Shown piece by piece: positions 50,402 to 61,443 of a stretch of DNA of 64,000 nucleotides. Position 1 is the stretch's first letter. The number at the start of each line of letters is the position of its first letter. Made by a program: the position numbers and the translations under genes. The notes beneath the pieces were generated by a model. The model searched no databases. It saw only the letters and a list, made by a program, of their open reading frames with translations, and was not told where the DNA came from. Source of the DNA: Candidatus Gottesmanbacteria bacterium (GTDB lineage: Bacteria; Patescibacteriota; Microgenomatia; UBA10105; UBA927); assembly GCA_963714095.1 (NCBI GenBank), contig OY970230.1, forward strand, positions 895,907-959,906, read 5' to 3'.

Positions 50402-50980
50402 CACGGCCCGCGGGTAGGAGAAGTCGACAGGAATTTCGCGGGCCGTATTCCATTTATCAACGTAGTTTAACTTTCTATGTGTCACGCCGTAGTCATAGAG
50501 GTCACGCGTGAGGATGACATCAGCCTCGCAATAGTGCTTCAACTTGGCTAAACTTTCCGGCGAGTGTTCTTTCCAGTAGAGGACGGCATTTGTCCCGATA
50601 TCGGTTTTATGTGCTCCGAGCGTTTGGGTAGCCAGATGGTCAAGTCCGAGAGAAAACCCCAGCGTGTCACGGACGATTTTCATGATGTCGAAATGCGGAA
50701 GCTTTTCAAACCCGGTAGGCGAGTATTTTTTTAATGCCGGCACGTCAAATTTTACGGAATTGAATCCAATAATTCTTTGGGCGCCGCTAAAATGTTTCCA
50801 CATGCCGTCGAGTTCGTGTTCCCAAAAACTATACATTGTCCCCTGGATTTCATTTTGGAAATCATCCACAGTCCGCACGTAGAGGGATACGACGGAAATG
50901 CCCAAGTCGCCGGGATCGCCGCCCACGATTTCGTTAAACAATTTTTGCGTTTCGCAATCGAAAACTACTTCAGTAATCAT
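50369..50980 (-). CDS. RNase H-like (YprB/RNase_H_2) domain protein
   Basis: VVFDCET, IIGFNSVKFD, HFDIM, YCEADV. Confidence 0.8.
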   Translation of the reverse strand: MITEVVFDCETQKLFNEIVGGDPGDLGISVVSLYVRTVDDFQNEIQGTMYSFWEHELDGMWKHFSGAQRIIGFNSVKFDVPALKKYSPTGFEKLPHFDIMKIVRDTLGFSLGLDHLATQTLGAHKTDIGTNAVLYWKEHSPESLAKLKHYCEADVILTRDLYDYGVTHRKLNYVDKWNTAREIPVDFSYPRAVLDASKQIGLF

Positions 50981-51001
50981 AGTTTAGGGTATAATGATAG
51001 C

Positions 51002-51757
51002 ATGAAACCTACCCGTGATACATCCTGGCACAATGTGGGGAAGTGGTACAACGAAAAAGTCGGCGATCGCGGCAGCTATTATCATGAACACGTGGTCTTG
51101 CCCGGCGTCCTCCGTTTATTACAATTAAACCAGAATTCTTCTCTTCTGGATATGGCGTGCGGTCAGGGTGTTTTAGGAAGGCAGATTCCTAAAAGCGTGA
51201 AGTATGTCGGGGTTGATGCTGCGGCGTCCCTCATTACATTTGCCAAAAAATCGGATCGCAATCCCAACCATCAGTTTTTGGTCGGTGACGTGACACAACC
51301 TTTACCCGTTACGGAAAAATTTACGCACGCGGCGATTATTCTTGCTCTTCAGAATATCGAGCAGCCCGAATTGGCGATTAAAAATACTGCGGAACATCTG
51401 ATAGCCGGCGGGAAATTAGTTATCGTTTTAAATCATCCGGCATTCCGTATTCCGCGGCAGTCAAATTGGGGGATTGATGGACAAAGTAAACTCCAATACC
51501 GGAGGGAAAATATCTACATGTCGCCTTTGAAGATTCCGATTACGATGCACCCCGGGTCGGGAAGCGGATTAACCTGGTCATTCCACGAGCCGATTTCTGC
51601 CTATACCAAAATGCTTGCCGAGAATCATTTTGTGATTGAATATCTTGAAGAATGGACGTCGGATAAAGAAAGTGTCGGGAAGGTAGGAAAAATGGAAAAC
51701 CGGTCGCGTACCGAGTTCCCGCTGTTTTTGGCAATCGCTGCGCGAAAAGATCGATAA
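51002..51757 (+). CDS. Class I SAM-dependent methyltransferase
   Basis: LLDMACGQG, GVDAA; start at MKPTRD. Confidence 0.85.
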   Translation: MKPTRDTSWHNVGKWYNEKVGDRGSYYHEHVVLPGVLRLLQLNQNSSLLDMACGQGVLGRQIPKSVKYVGVDAAASLITFAKKSDRNPNHQFLVGDVTQPLPVTEKFTHAAIILALQNIEQPELAIKNTAEHLIAGGKLVIVLNHPAFRIPRQSNWGIDGQSKLQYRRENIYMSPLKIPITMHPGSGSGLTWSFHEPISAYTKMLAENHFVIEYLEEWTSDKESVGKVGKMENRSRTEFPLFLAIAARKDR

Positions 51758-51771
51758 GTTTGAAATTTTTC

Positions 51772-52857
51772 TTATTTTGCGGTCAGTGCCGCAATAGCTG
51801 CACCAGTGAGCTCTGCATTCTCAAAGGCATCTCTGGATTTAAATGTTGCATGAGGTTGGCCTATATATGTTTCCAATAGTCGGGTTACCCTCTGTGCAAA
51901 TGCAGGAACTTCAAATCCTCCTCCGTGATACACGATAGTAGTTTCTCTTGGTTTTAGGCGAAGTGCTGATTCTTCCAACGCAATTGTTTGAGCGAGGGCC
52001 ACGGCGGAAGCATTATAGAGGTTAGCTGCGAATTCATTCCCTTGTTGATACAGTGCGCTTATTTCCCGACCGTCAAGCCGTTTGCCTGTTATTTGACGAT
52101 ACGTTCCTTCTACACCCGCGCCGCTTGCGGCAATTCTTTCGATACAGGTATACGTTGCGCCGTTGACACCGCAGGGTTCTATTCGATGAAAAGGATTGAG
52201 ATCGTCCGGCGCTATTAAATGTCCGGGTTCAGATGCGAGAATATGCCATTCGTCAGATGATACGTCTTTTGTTAATACGGCAAGTCCAAATCCTTTGCCG
52301 TCGATAACAAATAAAACATTCTTCACATTCGGATTCCTTTTAAATGCTTCCAGTCCTGTCGATTTTACTCCAGCAACGGCATCGTTATTTAATACGACAC
52401 GGGAAGCAGGAAATAATCGCGCAAAGTCTCCGCCGAATTGTTTTCGAAGCTGGCTGGTAAACGTCCGTGCATTCGGCGAATCCGCCAGAATGGTTCCGTC
52501 AAGAATTCCGGCGCAGCTGATTCCGATAAACGGAGTTTGCTCTGATGTCCGCAAAAAATTTAAATACGTGTCTCCGTCCGATCCTTTTTCGGTGTCAGTT
52601 TCAGAAACCGATGTTAATACGCCGGACTTGACGCGGAATTTCCGCCGCGCCACTTTATCTCCGCCGATATCAATTCCTGTGACAAGTTGTCCTTCATGTT
52701 TGGCAATAATTGCATTGATATTTTCCGGATCAAATATTTCTATTGTTTTGACGCGCAGCGACTCCAAGGTAAGCGCGCGTTTAAGCTCCGATGAGATTGG
52801 GGGCGTTTCGCTAACTAATAAAGGATTAATGTCAGGACTCGCCGGTTCGTGTCGCAT
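51772..52857 (-). CDS. ROK family sugar kinase-like protein
   Basis: GIDIGGDK, NNDAVAG, GKGFG, EPGH, C...CIERIAASG; promoter TTGACT-17-TATAAT. Confidence 0.75.
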   Translation of the reverse strand: MRHEPASPDINPLLVSETPPISSELKRALTLESLRVKTIEIFDPENINAIIAKHEGQLVTGIDIGGDKVARRKFRVKSGVLTSVSETDTEKGSDGDTYLNFLRTSEQTPFIGISCAGILDGTILADSPNARTFTSQLRKQFGGDFARLFPASRVVLNNDAVAGVKSTGLEAFKRNPNVKNVLFVIDGKGFGLAVLTKDVSSDEWHILASEPGHLIAPDDLNPFHRIEPCGVNGATYTCIERIAASGAGVEGTYRQITGKRLDGREISALYQQGNEFAANLYNASAVALAQTIALEESALRLKPRETTIVYHGGGFEVPAFAQRVTRLLETYIGQPHATFKSRDAFENAELTGAAIAALTAK

Positions 52858-52891
52858 GTTGTCTGGATTATATTGATAGAACGCGGAAAAG

Positions 52892-53281
52892 TCAAAAACG
52901 TAGCGGTTTAAAATCCAGCGCGAGGGAGTTAATACAATATCGAAGTCCTGTTTTGTCTTTCGGCCCATCGTTGAATACATGTCCCAGGTGAGCACCGCAA
53001 TTTACGCACATGACTTCAGTCCGAACCATTCCCATACTCGAATCTTCAGAGGTTTTTACGTTTCCGCGTGTGAGGACATCATAAAAACTTGGCCAGCCGG
53101 TGCCGCTGTCAAATTTTGTATCACTGCCGAATAACGGCGTGCCGCAAGAGACGCACACATAGGTGCCGGGTTGGTGATTATCGGTATATTTGCCGGAAAA
53201 CGGCGGCTCAGTGCCTTTCAAAAAACAGATATTGTACTGCTCGGGAGTAAGTTCGCGTTTCTTGTATGATTGGGGCGCCAT
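52892..53281 (-). CDS. msrB: Peptide-methionine (R)-S-oxide reductase
   Basis: [29 protein letters not shown]. Confidence 0.96.
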   Translation of the reverse strand: MAPQSYKKRELTPEQYNICFLKGTEPPFSGKYTDNHQPGTYVCVSCGTPLFGSDTKFDSGTGWPSFYDVLTRGNVKTSEDSSMGMVRTEVMCVNCGAHLGHVFNDGPKDKTGLRYCINSLALDFKPLRF

Positions 53282-53282
53282 A

Positions 53283-53591
53283 TTATCGGAAAACGAGAAC
53301 GCAGAGGCCGACAATAATGGTAATTGCGATGAAATTAGAAAGCCCCGCGATGACGATAAACCCTAGTTCCGTGAGCACCCATGCTGTAAGAAGGATTAAC
53401 CCAATGATCCGAAGGAGAGAGGGCAACGCGCTGATAGCCCAAAGGATTGCCACAAAAATGAAGAATGCAGCAAGAGAGATTGGTTGGCTGTGGATGGTGA
53501 AGATGGTCGGATTCGGTACGCTGACACCCGGAATTTGAATATATCCGTAAAAGTAGACGAGTACCAGGAGAAGAAGAATGATTCCTATCAT
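53283..53591 (-). CDS. Small multi-pass membrane protein
   Basis: Very hydrophobic ORF ending 1 nt before the msrB start. Confidence 0.65.
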   Translation of the reverse strand: MIGIILLLLVLVYFYGYIQIPGVSVPNPTIFTIHSQPISLAAFFIFVAILWAISALPSLLRIIGLILLTAWVLTELGFIVIAGLSNFIAITIIVGLCVLVFR

Positions 53592-53615
53592 ACTTATTTT
53601 GTACCACAAGGAGGT

Positions 53616-54263
53616 CTATGGTGACAAGTGCGTCAACTTTTCAAGTTCACCCACGGAGGCGGTGGGATTATCGGTGTCGAAGTGGTAGGTATGAAATCCC
53701 GATTTGTGTGCCTGTCGGAGGTTGAGTGCCATGTCATCAATAAGAAGTATTTCTCCGGCTTCCACCCCCGAGCGAAGTTGGGCGATGGCAAATATTTGCG
53801 GATCGGGTTTGGTTATCCCTAGTACACCGGATTCGATAATAGTTGAGAATTTCGCGTGCGGAATATGTCCGAGCGCTCTCGTTTTGGCGACGGATCCGGC
53901 CATGGCGTTTGTTAAAAGGCCGATTTTTCGCGTCCGGGATATTTTTTGGACGAACGTATGGGTTTCTTTGATAGAACGGAAACTTGTTATCCAGAGATCC
54001 ATGAAATCTATGTTCCTGCCTCGGTAGTGAAAATGCGTTGTTAGTTGCCGCCAAAATTCGTCGGCGGTGAGAGCCCCGCGGTTAAGTTCGTCATCGAGCG
54101 GTTCCCAAAAGTCACGTATGTCTTCCCTCGACACATTGAGCACATTCGCGAGGTTCGTGAGACTGCCGGAGAAGTCAAGAAGCACTCCTCCTACGTCAAA
54201 ATAGATGAATTTGATGGGTTTCTGTGTTTTTGCCTCACGATACCGTTGTGTTTTTGCTGCCAT
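53616..54263 (-). CDS. HAD family phosphatase
   Basis: FDVGGVL, LLTN, KPDPQIF, IDD. Confidence 0.9.
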   Translation of the reverse strand: MAAKTQRYREAKTQKPIKFIYFDVGGVLLDFSGSLTNLANVLNVSREDIRDFWEPLDDELNRGALTADEFWRQLTTHFHYRGRNIDFMDLWITSFRSIKETHTFVQKISRTRKIGLLTNAMAGSVAKTRALGHIPHAKFSTIIESGVLGITKPDPQIFAIAQLRSGVEAGEILLIDDMALNLRQAHKSGFHTYHFDTDNPTASVGELEKLTHLSP

Positions 54264-54326
54264 GCGGAAATTATAGCATGAGTACTGATAGCGAAGGTAT
54301 TTTTATCGATGTGTTACAATTTTGGC

Positions 54327-55004
54327 ATGAGTATTCAATCCGATTTACAAAAAGTAGCAAATAAAAAGAAAGCGATGTTATTGGCGCGATATTTTAAAAC
54401 GGGAAAAGGGGAGTATGGGGAGGGAGATATATTTGCTGGGATTACCGTGCCGCAGGTTCGGATTATTGCAAAAAAATGGAAAGAACTTCCTCTTGGTGGA
54501 GTCGAAAAATTGTTGCATAGTCCTATCCATGAATATCGGTTGACAGCTCTCATTATCCTTACCTACAAGAAGTTGGCGAAAGAAATCGTGGACCTGTATC
54601 TTTGCAATACGAAATACGTAAATAATTGGGATTTGGTGGATTTATCGTCGCACGAGATTTTAGGGGCATACCTTTTGGATAAACCGCGTAAGATTTTATA
54701 TTCGTTGGCACGATCAAAAAATATGTGGGAACGAAGAATCGCGGTTATATCGACGTTTGCATTCTTAAGAAAGAACGACTGTTCTGATTCGATGTCGCTA
54801 GCTGAAATACTTATTCATGATCCGCAGGATTTAATGCATAAAGCTGTGGGTTGGATGCTGCGGGAGGTAGGGAAGCGGGATGAAAAAGCGTTGGTCGATT
54901 TTTTGGCGAAACAATATAAGACGATGCCCAGAACTATGTTGCGTTATGCAATAGAAAAGTTTCCGCCCGCCATGAGGCAAAAATATTTAAAAGGAACTAT
55001 ATGA
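54327..55004 (+). CDS. DNA alkylation repair protein (AlkD family)
   Basis: FKTGKGEYGEGD, NNWDLVD, HKAVGWMLRE, RTMLRYAIE. Confidence 0.9.
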   Translation: MSIQSDLQKVANKKKAMLLARYFKTGKGEYGEGDIFAGITVPQVRIIAKKWKELPLGGVEKLLHSPIHEYRLTALIILTYKKLAKEIVDLYLCNTKYVNNWDLVDLSSHEILGAYLLDKPRKILYSLARSKNMWERRIAVISTFAFLRKNDCSDSMSLAEILIHDPQDLMHKAVGWMLREVGKRDEKALVDFLAKQYKTMPRTMLRYAIEKFPPAMRQKYLKGTI

Positions 55005-55438
55005 AACAAGAACGCTTTAAAATGATCGCGTCGGGGTATCTTATATTGATTCGGGGTAGAAAGATATTATTGTCCCGCAGGTTCCAAACGGGTTATGAAG
55101 ACGGCAAGTACAGTTTGCCGGCCGGACATATTGAGGAGAACGAAACATTGACGGACGGCACCTGCCGCGAGATCCGCGAGGAAGTCGGTATTGCCTTAAA
55201 ACCATCGGATCTAAAACTTGTTCATGTCATGCACAGAAAACACTTCGATATCCGGATGGATTTTTTCTTTACGACTACTAAAAAAGGATTGAAACCCGTG
55301 AACCTCGAGCCGCAGAAATCAGATGATATGGCCTGGTACCCGCTAAACAAGCTGCCGAATAATACGATTCCATACATCCGTGCGGCGATTAAAAATTTCC
55401 AACAAGGAAATTTTTACTCTGAATTCGGTTGGAAATAA
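55001..55438 (+). CDS. NUDIX hydrolase
   Basis: Nudix box GHIEENE...REIREEVG. Confidence 0.9.
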   Translation: MKQERFKMIASGYLILIRGRKILLSRRFQTGYEDGKYSLPAGHIEENETLTDGTCREIREEVGIALKPSDLKLVHVMHRKHFDIRMDFFFTTTKKGLKPVNLEPQKSDDMAWYPLNKLPNNTIPYIRAAIKNFQQGNFYSEFGWK

Positions 55439-55496
55439 CGGGTATTTGGCCTATTCTAACTTGACATTTATACCTCCTCTTTTTATACTCCTACCT

Positions 55497-55955
55497 ATGT
55501 CTCCACATGAGCAGCAGCCACGGCGGGAAAGAATGCAGCATCTTCAAATGGAAGCAATGAAACGCGTTCCTGTTATGGACTATCTTCGGCTAAGATATAC
55601 GCATGGTGAGATGCGTGATACCGGAGAATATATACAAATAGACGCCACAGAAGCCACAGTTCAATCTGTCACAAATAATCCAAAATATAGTGTGGCAGAG
55701 CATATTTCCAGGACTAGCATTTTCAGAGCGATAGTTTCCGGTATACCCTTGCAGAAATTTTTAACCACCCGTGAGGAATTCTTGAAGGCGGAAATAGAAA
55801 GTATAACGGAAAGAGGAGGGACATTTCAATCAATTGATTTTAAAGAAGGAATGGGAGAAGACGTACGTAAAAGGTTGGAAATTTTGGTATCGGATATGAA
55901 TTTAACAAAACGTGTTGACGCAGCCGCAAACCTCAAGCCTTCTTCAGTAACTTAA
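55497..55955 (+). CDS. Hypothetical protein
   Basis: TTGACA-17-TATACT, 7 nt before ATG. Confidence 0.6.
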   Translation: MSPHEQQPRRERMQHLQMEAMKRVPVMDYLRLRYTHGEMRDTGEYIQIDATEATVQSVTNNPKYSVAEHISRTSIFRAIVSGIPLQKFLTTREEFLKAEIESITERGGTFQSIDFKEGMGEDVRKRLEILVSDMNLTKRVDAAANLKPSSVT

Positions 55956-58407
55956 ATCCCTCAAACCACAGGACGCTGACAAGCATGACCGGGACGATCA
56001 GCAAAAAGTCAGTAAGCCGCAAAGGTGCAAGGTGGAATAAGTCGGATAGGGATGGAATATAGAGTATCGCGGCAAGACATCCGAGCGCTGCAGCAATGAC
56101 TATACCTAATGCGCGGTTCGGGCTTTGAAGTATTTGGAGAACATTTTTCCTCCAGGAAAGGTTGACGACGATAAGCAGTAAATTTGACAATACAAGCGAT
56201 GTAAATGCGATGGAGCGGACTGCTGCGTCGCTTCTGCCTGATTTAGTCGCAATGAGCAGAAGTGCAAATGTGGCGATGAGAACTATGAATCCCTGAAGCG
56301 CTAAAATCGTAACCCGTTTCGGATTAAACATGGGTTGGGTAAGATCTCTCGGTGGACGTTTCATGATACGGTCGTCCTCCTTTTCCGATTCAAAGACTAT
56401 AGAGCAGGATGGATCAATAATGAGCTCCAAAAACGCGATATGCGCCGGCAGCAGTACCACCGGTAAGTTAAAAAGTAGCGGCAGGAGCGCTATACCCGCG
56501 ATAGGAATATGCACAGCCACAATGTACCCCATGGCACTGGTGAGATTATCAAAAATTCTTCTTCCAAGGCGGACCGCCGCAACAATGGAAGAAAAATCAT
56601 CGTTTAATAAAACCAATGAGGCGGCTTCACGGGCGACATCGGTTCCTCGTTCTCCCATGGCAATGCCGATATTCGCGGATTTTAATGCAGGCGCATCGTT
56701 GACCCCGTCTCCGGTCATTGCAACAATCTCACCGTTAGCCTTCAGTGCATTAACGATTGCCAGTTTTTGCTCCGGCATGATCCGGGCAAAGACATTCGTG
56801 GTTTTAATGCGTTTGCGTAACTCCTGCTGATCCATTTTTGCCAGGTTATCACCGGTTATAAAGGTTTCGGGATTTTTGATACCGACTTCTTTGGCTATAA
56901 ACTGTGCCGTGCCGGGATAGTCGCCTGTCATGACGATCACACGCATACCGGCTTCATATGCTTCCTGTACTGCACCGGCCGCACTGGGGCGGGGGGGATC
57001 GATAAATCCCAGAAGACCGACAAACTCAAATGTATAATCATGCTGATTTTTCGGAAGCGCGCTTTTGATGTACACCGCCCTGGCGACTCCTAATACCCGC
57101 AATCCTTTTTCGGACATTGATGTCACGTGCTTCAGGATTTCAGTGCATTTTTTAGCAGGAACGTGGCATAAATTAAGTATCGCTTCAGGAGCTCCTTTAG
57201 AGGCGACAGCGAATTTTTTGTTTTCAGACATCTGCCAGACGTGGGAAAAGGCCAGGAATTCGCGAGACAATGGGTATTCTTTCACCAGGTTCCAGTCTCC
57301 GTGTAAATGCCGTGTATTTTTAAGATACAGATCACCCATTTTTCTGAGCTCCGTTTCAATAGGGTCAAAGGGGTCCTTCTCGCTGGCAAGGATTCCGAAC
57401 TCCAATAACGGGTGAAATTTCCCCGGGAGATCTGTGGAAGCGAAATTACTGAGTTCATAAAATGATCCGTCGGCGTAGAGGCTGGTGAGTTCCATTTTGT
57501 TCATAGTCAGTGTGCCGGTTTTGTCGGTACAAAGGACTGTCGCTGCCCCGAGCGTTTCGATTGCAGCGGGCCGGCGGGTTAAAACTTTCCGCTTGGAAAT
57601 ACGCCAGGCCCCGAGGGTGAGAAATACAATAAGGACAACTGGAAATTCTTCCGGAAGCAGAGCCATGCTGAGGGTGAGCCCTGCCAGCAACCCCTGTATG
57701 AAATTGCCTTTTATAAATGCATAAATAAGAACAATGAGACTGCAAAGACTAATACCTATAATTGTCATGGAGCGGACCAGTGTTGCGGTCTCTTTTTGAA
57801 GAAGCGTATCTTCGTCTTTAATAGAACCCAGACTTTTTCCGATTTTACCTATTTCCGTATACGGGCCGGTAGCGCTCACTTCGGCTATGCCCCTGCCGCT
57901 CACCACCAAGGAACTCGAGTAGAGAAATGCATTGCTGTCTTTCAGGATTGGTATAGACTCGCCGGTGAGAAGGGATTCATCAACGGAAAGATTTTCACAG
58001 GACACGATGCACGCGTCGGCCGGAATCCGGTCACCCTCGCGGATAACGATGAGATCTCCGCGGACGACCTCCCGTCCGGGAATACGCCGCTCCCGACCAT
58101 CCCGGATAACCAGCGCCCTTGGGCTTGATAAATTTTTGAGTGCTTCGAGTGTCTTTTCCGTTTTCTTTTCCTGGTAAAACGTAATAGAAATAACGACTAC
58201 AACAAAGGATAACAGCATGAACGCGTCCCTGGGTTCGCCTAAGAATACATAGATTATTCCGCACCCGAGAAGTAACAGGAGCATCGGTTCGGAAAGAACT
58301 TTAAGAAGAAGCACAAAATTGCTTTGCGATTTTTGGGAAGGCAGTTCGTTATATCCGTCAGCCGTGAGTATCGCCGCTGCTTCAGTTTCAGTTAATCCAC
58401 TCGTCAT
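55933..58407 (-). CDS. Cation-transporting P-type ATPase (type II-like)
   Basis: LTGES, PEEFP, DKTGTLT, KGAPE, MTGDGVNDAPAL. Confidence 0.93.
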   Translation of the reverse strand: MTSGLTETEAAAILTADGYNELPSQKSQSNFVLLLKVLSEPMLLLLLGCGIIYVFLGEPRDAFMLLSFVVVVISITFYQEKKTEKTLEALKNLSSPRALVIRDGRERRIPGREVVRGDLIVIREGDRIPADACIVSCENLSVDESLLTGESIPILKDSNAFLYSSSLVVSGRGIAEVSATGPYTEIGKIGKSLGSIKDEDTLLQKETATLVRSMTIIGISLCSLIVLIYAFIKGNFIQGLLAGLTLSMALLPEEFPVVLIVFLTLGAWRISKRKVLTRRPAAIETLGAATVLCTDKTGTLTMNKMELTSLYADGSFYELSNFASTDLPGKFHPLLEFGILASEKDPFDPIETELRKMGDLYLKNTRHLHGDWNLVKEYPLSREFLAFSHVWQMSENKKFAVASKGAPEAILNLCHVPAKKCTEILKHVTSMSEKGLRVLGVARAVYIKSALPKNQHDYTFEFVGLLGFIDPPRPSAAGAVQEAYEAGMRVIVMTGDYPGTAQFIAKEVGIKNPETFITGDNLAKMDQQELRKRIKTTNVFARIMPEQKLAIVNALKANGEIVAMTGDGVNDAPALKSANIGIAMGERGTDVAREAASLVLLNDDFSSIVAAVRLGRRIFDNLTSAMGYIVAVHIPIAGIALLPLLFNLPVVLLPAHIAFLELIIDPSCSIVFESEKEDDRIMKRPPRDLTQPMFNPKRVTILALQGFIVLIATFALLLIATKSGRSDAAVRSIAFTSLVLSNLLLIVVNLSWRKNVLQILQSPNRALGIVIAAALGCLAAILYIPSLSDLFHLAPLRLTDFLLIVPVMLVSVLWFEGFKLLKKA

Positions 58408-58448
58408 ACCTTGTATGATAGCAAAAATTTGATGCTATACTAAATTTA

Positions 58449-60854
58449 ATGAGTGATACTGCTCTTGAGGGACTCCGGGAAGACGAAGCAAAGTCACGTT
58501 TGCTTCGCTTCGGCCCCAATACGCTTGCCGAACAAAAACATACGTCTCTCGTCGGGCGATTTCTGGAAAAATTACTGAACCCGCTTATTATTCTCCTTTT
58601 GGTTGCAGGATTACTTTCGGCGATTCTCAAACAGACATCGGACTTCATTATTATTTGTGTTATTACGCTCGTGAGTATCAGCATGGATGTCTATCAGGAA
58701 ACGACAGCAGAAGGGGCGGCAGATAAACTAAGGAAACGGGTATCATTGACTGCGACAGCCATCCGCGACGGCGTCAAAAAAGAGATTCCGCTTGCATCTC
58801 TTGTGCCGGACGACGTGATTTTTTTATCTGTCGGTGATATTGTACCGGCGGACGCGCGTGTTGTTACATGCCGGGATTTACTGGTTGATGAATCGACGCT
58901 GACAGGGGAATCATATCCCAAAGAAAAATCAGTAAATACTCTGGTACTTATGGGAACGAATGTGGTGACCGGCGAGGCACAGGCGTTGGTCACAGGAACC
59001 GGAAAAAATACACAGTTAGGACATATTTCCGATCATCTGGTTGCGCCCCGTCCCAAAACGGAATTCGAAAAGGGAATTGCCCGCTTCGGCATGTTTCTCA
59101 TGAAGACAGCAATTATTTTCGGGATATTCGTCTTTATCGTGCACGTCCTTTTAGCTCATGAACTTTTTGTATCTGTTTTGTTTGTTCTGGCGATCGTTAT
59201 CGGGTTTGCGCCGGAAATGCTCCCTATGATTATCACGATTAATCTGTCTCGGGGAGCTATACGCATGTCCCGTAAGGGCGTCATCGTGAAAAGCCTGCCG
59301 TCGATTGAAAATTTCGGCAGTATGGATATACTGGCGACCGATAAAACAGGAACACTGACTGAAAATAAAATTATTCTCGAGCGGTATGAAGACGCGTCGG
59401 GTAAGTCGAGTGAGAAAGTGCTGCAATACGGGTACATCGGCAGCATTTTCCAGTCAGGGTTCCGCGGGCCGATGGAAGAGGCTATTCTTGCCCACAAAGA
59501 AGCGGCCCGGCACGGGTTTAAACGCATCGATGTCGTTCCTTTCGATTTTTTCCGCAAACGCGTTTCGGTAGTTGTCGCTCAGGCGCGCCAGCGTCTCCTT
59601 ATTACGAAAGGCGCACCCGAAGATATCATTCGTATATCTACATTATCGCCGGCTGAAAGAAAAAAGGCGTTACAACGGTTGGACGGGTATGGGAGGGAGG
59701 GGTTTCGCGTGCTGGGGGTAGCCTTCAGGGAGGTCACGGATAAAAAGTCGTATGACGCGAAAGACGAAGACGAGCTCACATTTTTGGGATTTATGGTTTT
59801 TTTGGACCCGCCGAAAAAAACCGTTGTCGATGCATTAAAGCGCCTGACATATCATCATGTGGCGATTAAAATTTTAACCGGAGACAGCGACATTGTAACC
59901 TCGACCATTTGTAAACAAATAGGACTGACGGTCGTCGGTATTGCCAAAAGCGAGGACGTGGATCGGGCCAGCGATAGCGAGCTTCGCCTTTTAGTCGAAA
60001 AAACCACGATATTTTCACGGTTGAACCCCGATCTTAAAGTCCGTGTCATTGCGGCACTGCGCGCCAACGGTCATGTCGTGGGGTACATGGGTGACGGCAT
60101 CAACGATGCGCCGTCGCTTCGGGCTGCGGACATTGGGATATCGGTAAATAACGCAGCGGATGTGGCTAAATTATCGGCGGATATCATTCTTCTTCATAAA
60201 GATCTGCACGTGCTGCTGGACGGGGTCTCGGAGGGAAGAGTAACGTTCGCTAATGTTCTCAAATATCTCAAAATGAACATTTCCTCCGATTTCGGCAACA
60301 TGGTCAGTGTTGCCGTGGCGTCTATCTTTCTGCCCTTTTTGCCGATGCTGCCCGTTCAGGTACTTCTTAATGATCTTCTCTACGATGTATCGCAGATTAC
60401 TCTTGCGGGTGACCGAGTGGATGTGCGCTATCTTACCCGTCCGCACCGGTGGGATGTGGCAGGCATCCGTAAGTTTATGGTGGTATTCGGTCCTGCCAGT
60501 TCACTGTTTGATCTGGTGACATTCGGTATCCTGCTTTGGATTTTTCATGCGGAACCGGCGTTTTTCCAGACAGGGTGGTTTTTGGAGTCCCTTGTTACGC
60601 AGACGCTGATTATTTTCAGCATCCGCACTGCGGTTGTACCGTTTTACCGGAGTCATACCAGTCGTTTATTTACAGTTTCCCTTATAGCAATCGTTGGTGT
60701 TGCATTACTGTTACCATTCAGTCCTTTGGCCGGGGCATTTTCATTTGTGCGTCTGCCGCCGGTATTTTTCGTTATTCTTGCGGGTCTGGTCGCCGCATAT
60801 TTCATGCTTGCTGAAGCCCTGAAACAGTGGTTTTACAAAATTGCTGATATATAG
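58449..60854 (+). CDS. mgtA: Magnesium-translocating P-type ATPase
   Basis: PEMLPMI, DKTGTLT, PFDFFRKR, GDGINDAPSL, LLYDVSQ, FQTGWFLES. Confidence 0.9.
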   Translation: MSDTALEGLREDEAKSRLLRFGPNTLAEQKHTSLVGRFLEKLLNPLIILLLVAGLLSAILKQTSDFIIICVITLVSISMDVYQETTAEGAADKLRKRVSLTATAIRDGVKKEIPLASLVPDDVIFLSVGDIVPADARVVTCRDLLVDESTLTGESYPKEKSVNTLVLMGTNVVTGEAQALVTGTGKNTQLGHISDHLVAPRPKTEFEKGIARFGMFLMKTAIIFGIFVFIVHVLLAHELFVSVLFVLAIVIGFAPEMLPMIITINLSRGAIRMSRKGVIVKSLPSIENFGSMDILATDKTGTLTENKIILERYEDASGKSSEKVLQYGYIGSIFQSGFRGPMEEAILAHKEAARHGFKRIDVVPFDFFRKRVSVVVAQARQRLLITKGAPEDIIRISTLSPAERKKALQRLDGYGREGFRVLGVAFREVTDKKSYDAKDEDELTFLGFMVFLDPPKKTVVDALKRLTYHHVAIKILTGDSDIVTSTICKQIGLTVVGIAKSEDVDRASDSELRLLVEKTTIFSRLNPDLKVRVIAALRANGHVVGYMGDGINDAPSLRAADIGISVNNAADVAKLSADIILLHKDLHVLLDGVSEGRVTFANVLKYLKMNISSDFGNMVSVAVASIFLPFLPMLPVQVLLNDLLYDVSQITLAGDRVDVRYLTRPHRWDVAGIRKFMVVFGPASSLFDLVTFGILLWIFHAEPAFFQTGWFLESLVTQTLIIFSIRTAVVPFYRSHTSRLFTVSLIAIVGVALLLPFSPLAGAFSFVRLPPVFFVILAGLVAAYFMLAEALKQWFYKIADI

Positions 60855-60870
60855 ATGGTATAATAGCCTC

Positions 60871-61440
60871 ATGATACTTTCCGACCGGGATATCAAAAAA
60901 GCCCTTGCAAGCGGAAGAATTGCTATTTCTCCGAAACCGAAACTCTCAGTGGTGCTCGGTTCCTGTTCAATAGACCTCCGGCTGGGTAATCGGTTCCGTA
61001 TATTTGATCACAGTAGATTTCCGTTTATAGACCCCAATAACCCGCGACTTGCAACCGATATGATGAAGGAAATCACGGTTGTCGCCGATCAACAATTTAT
61101 TCTTCAACCGGGAGATTTTGTACTCGCGACTACGATGGAATCATTTTCTCTCCCGAACGATTTATTGGCAAGGTTGGAGGGAAGATCAAGTTTGGGGAGA
61201 TTGGGAATTGTCGTTCATTCGACGGCATCAATTTTTGAGCCCGGCTGGAACGGTGTTGTCGTTATGGAACTTGGAAACTTAGGCCGTATGCCGGTAGCCC
61301 TCTATCCGGGCATGCGGGTGTGCGCCCTTACGTTTGAAGAACTGACGAGCCCCGCGGATGTTCCGTACAATAAGAAAAAATCAGCCAAATACGTCGGCCA
61401 AAAATCTCCGGAAGCCAGCAAAATCGCAGAAGAAAGATAA
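60871..61440 (+). CDS. dcd: dCTP deaminase
   Basis: MILSDRDI, SIDLRLG, EGRSSLGRLG, MELGN. Confidence 0.93.
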   Translation: MILSDRDIKKALASGRIAISPKPKLSVVLGSCSIDLRLGNRFRIFDHSRFPFIDPNNPRLATDMMKEITVVADQQFILQPGDFVLATTMESFSLPNDLLARLEGRSSLGRLGIVVHSTASIFEPGWNGVVVMELGNLGRMPVALYPGMRVCALTFEELTSPADVPYNKKKSAKYVGQKSPEASKIAEER

Positions 61441-61443
61441 ATT

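Noticed and set aside
52196-52876. Long antisense ORFs (226 aa here; also 23206-23763, 30196-30714, 56330-56830)
   Set aside because: Shadows of well-supported genes on the other strand, with no motifs
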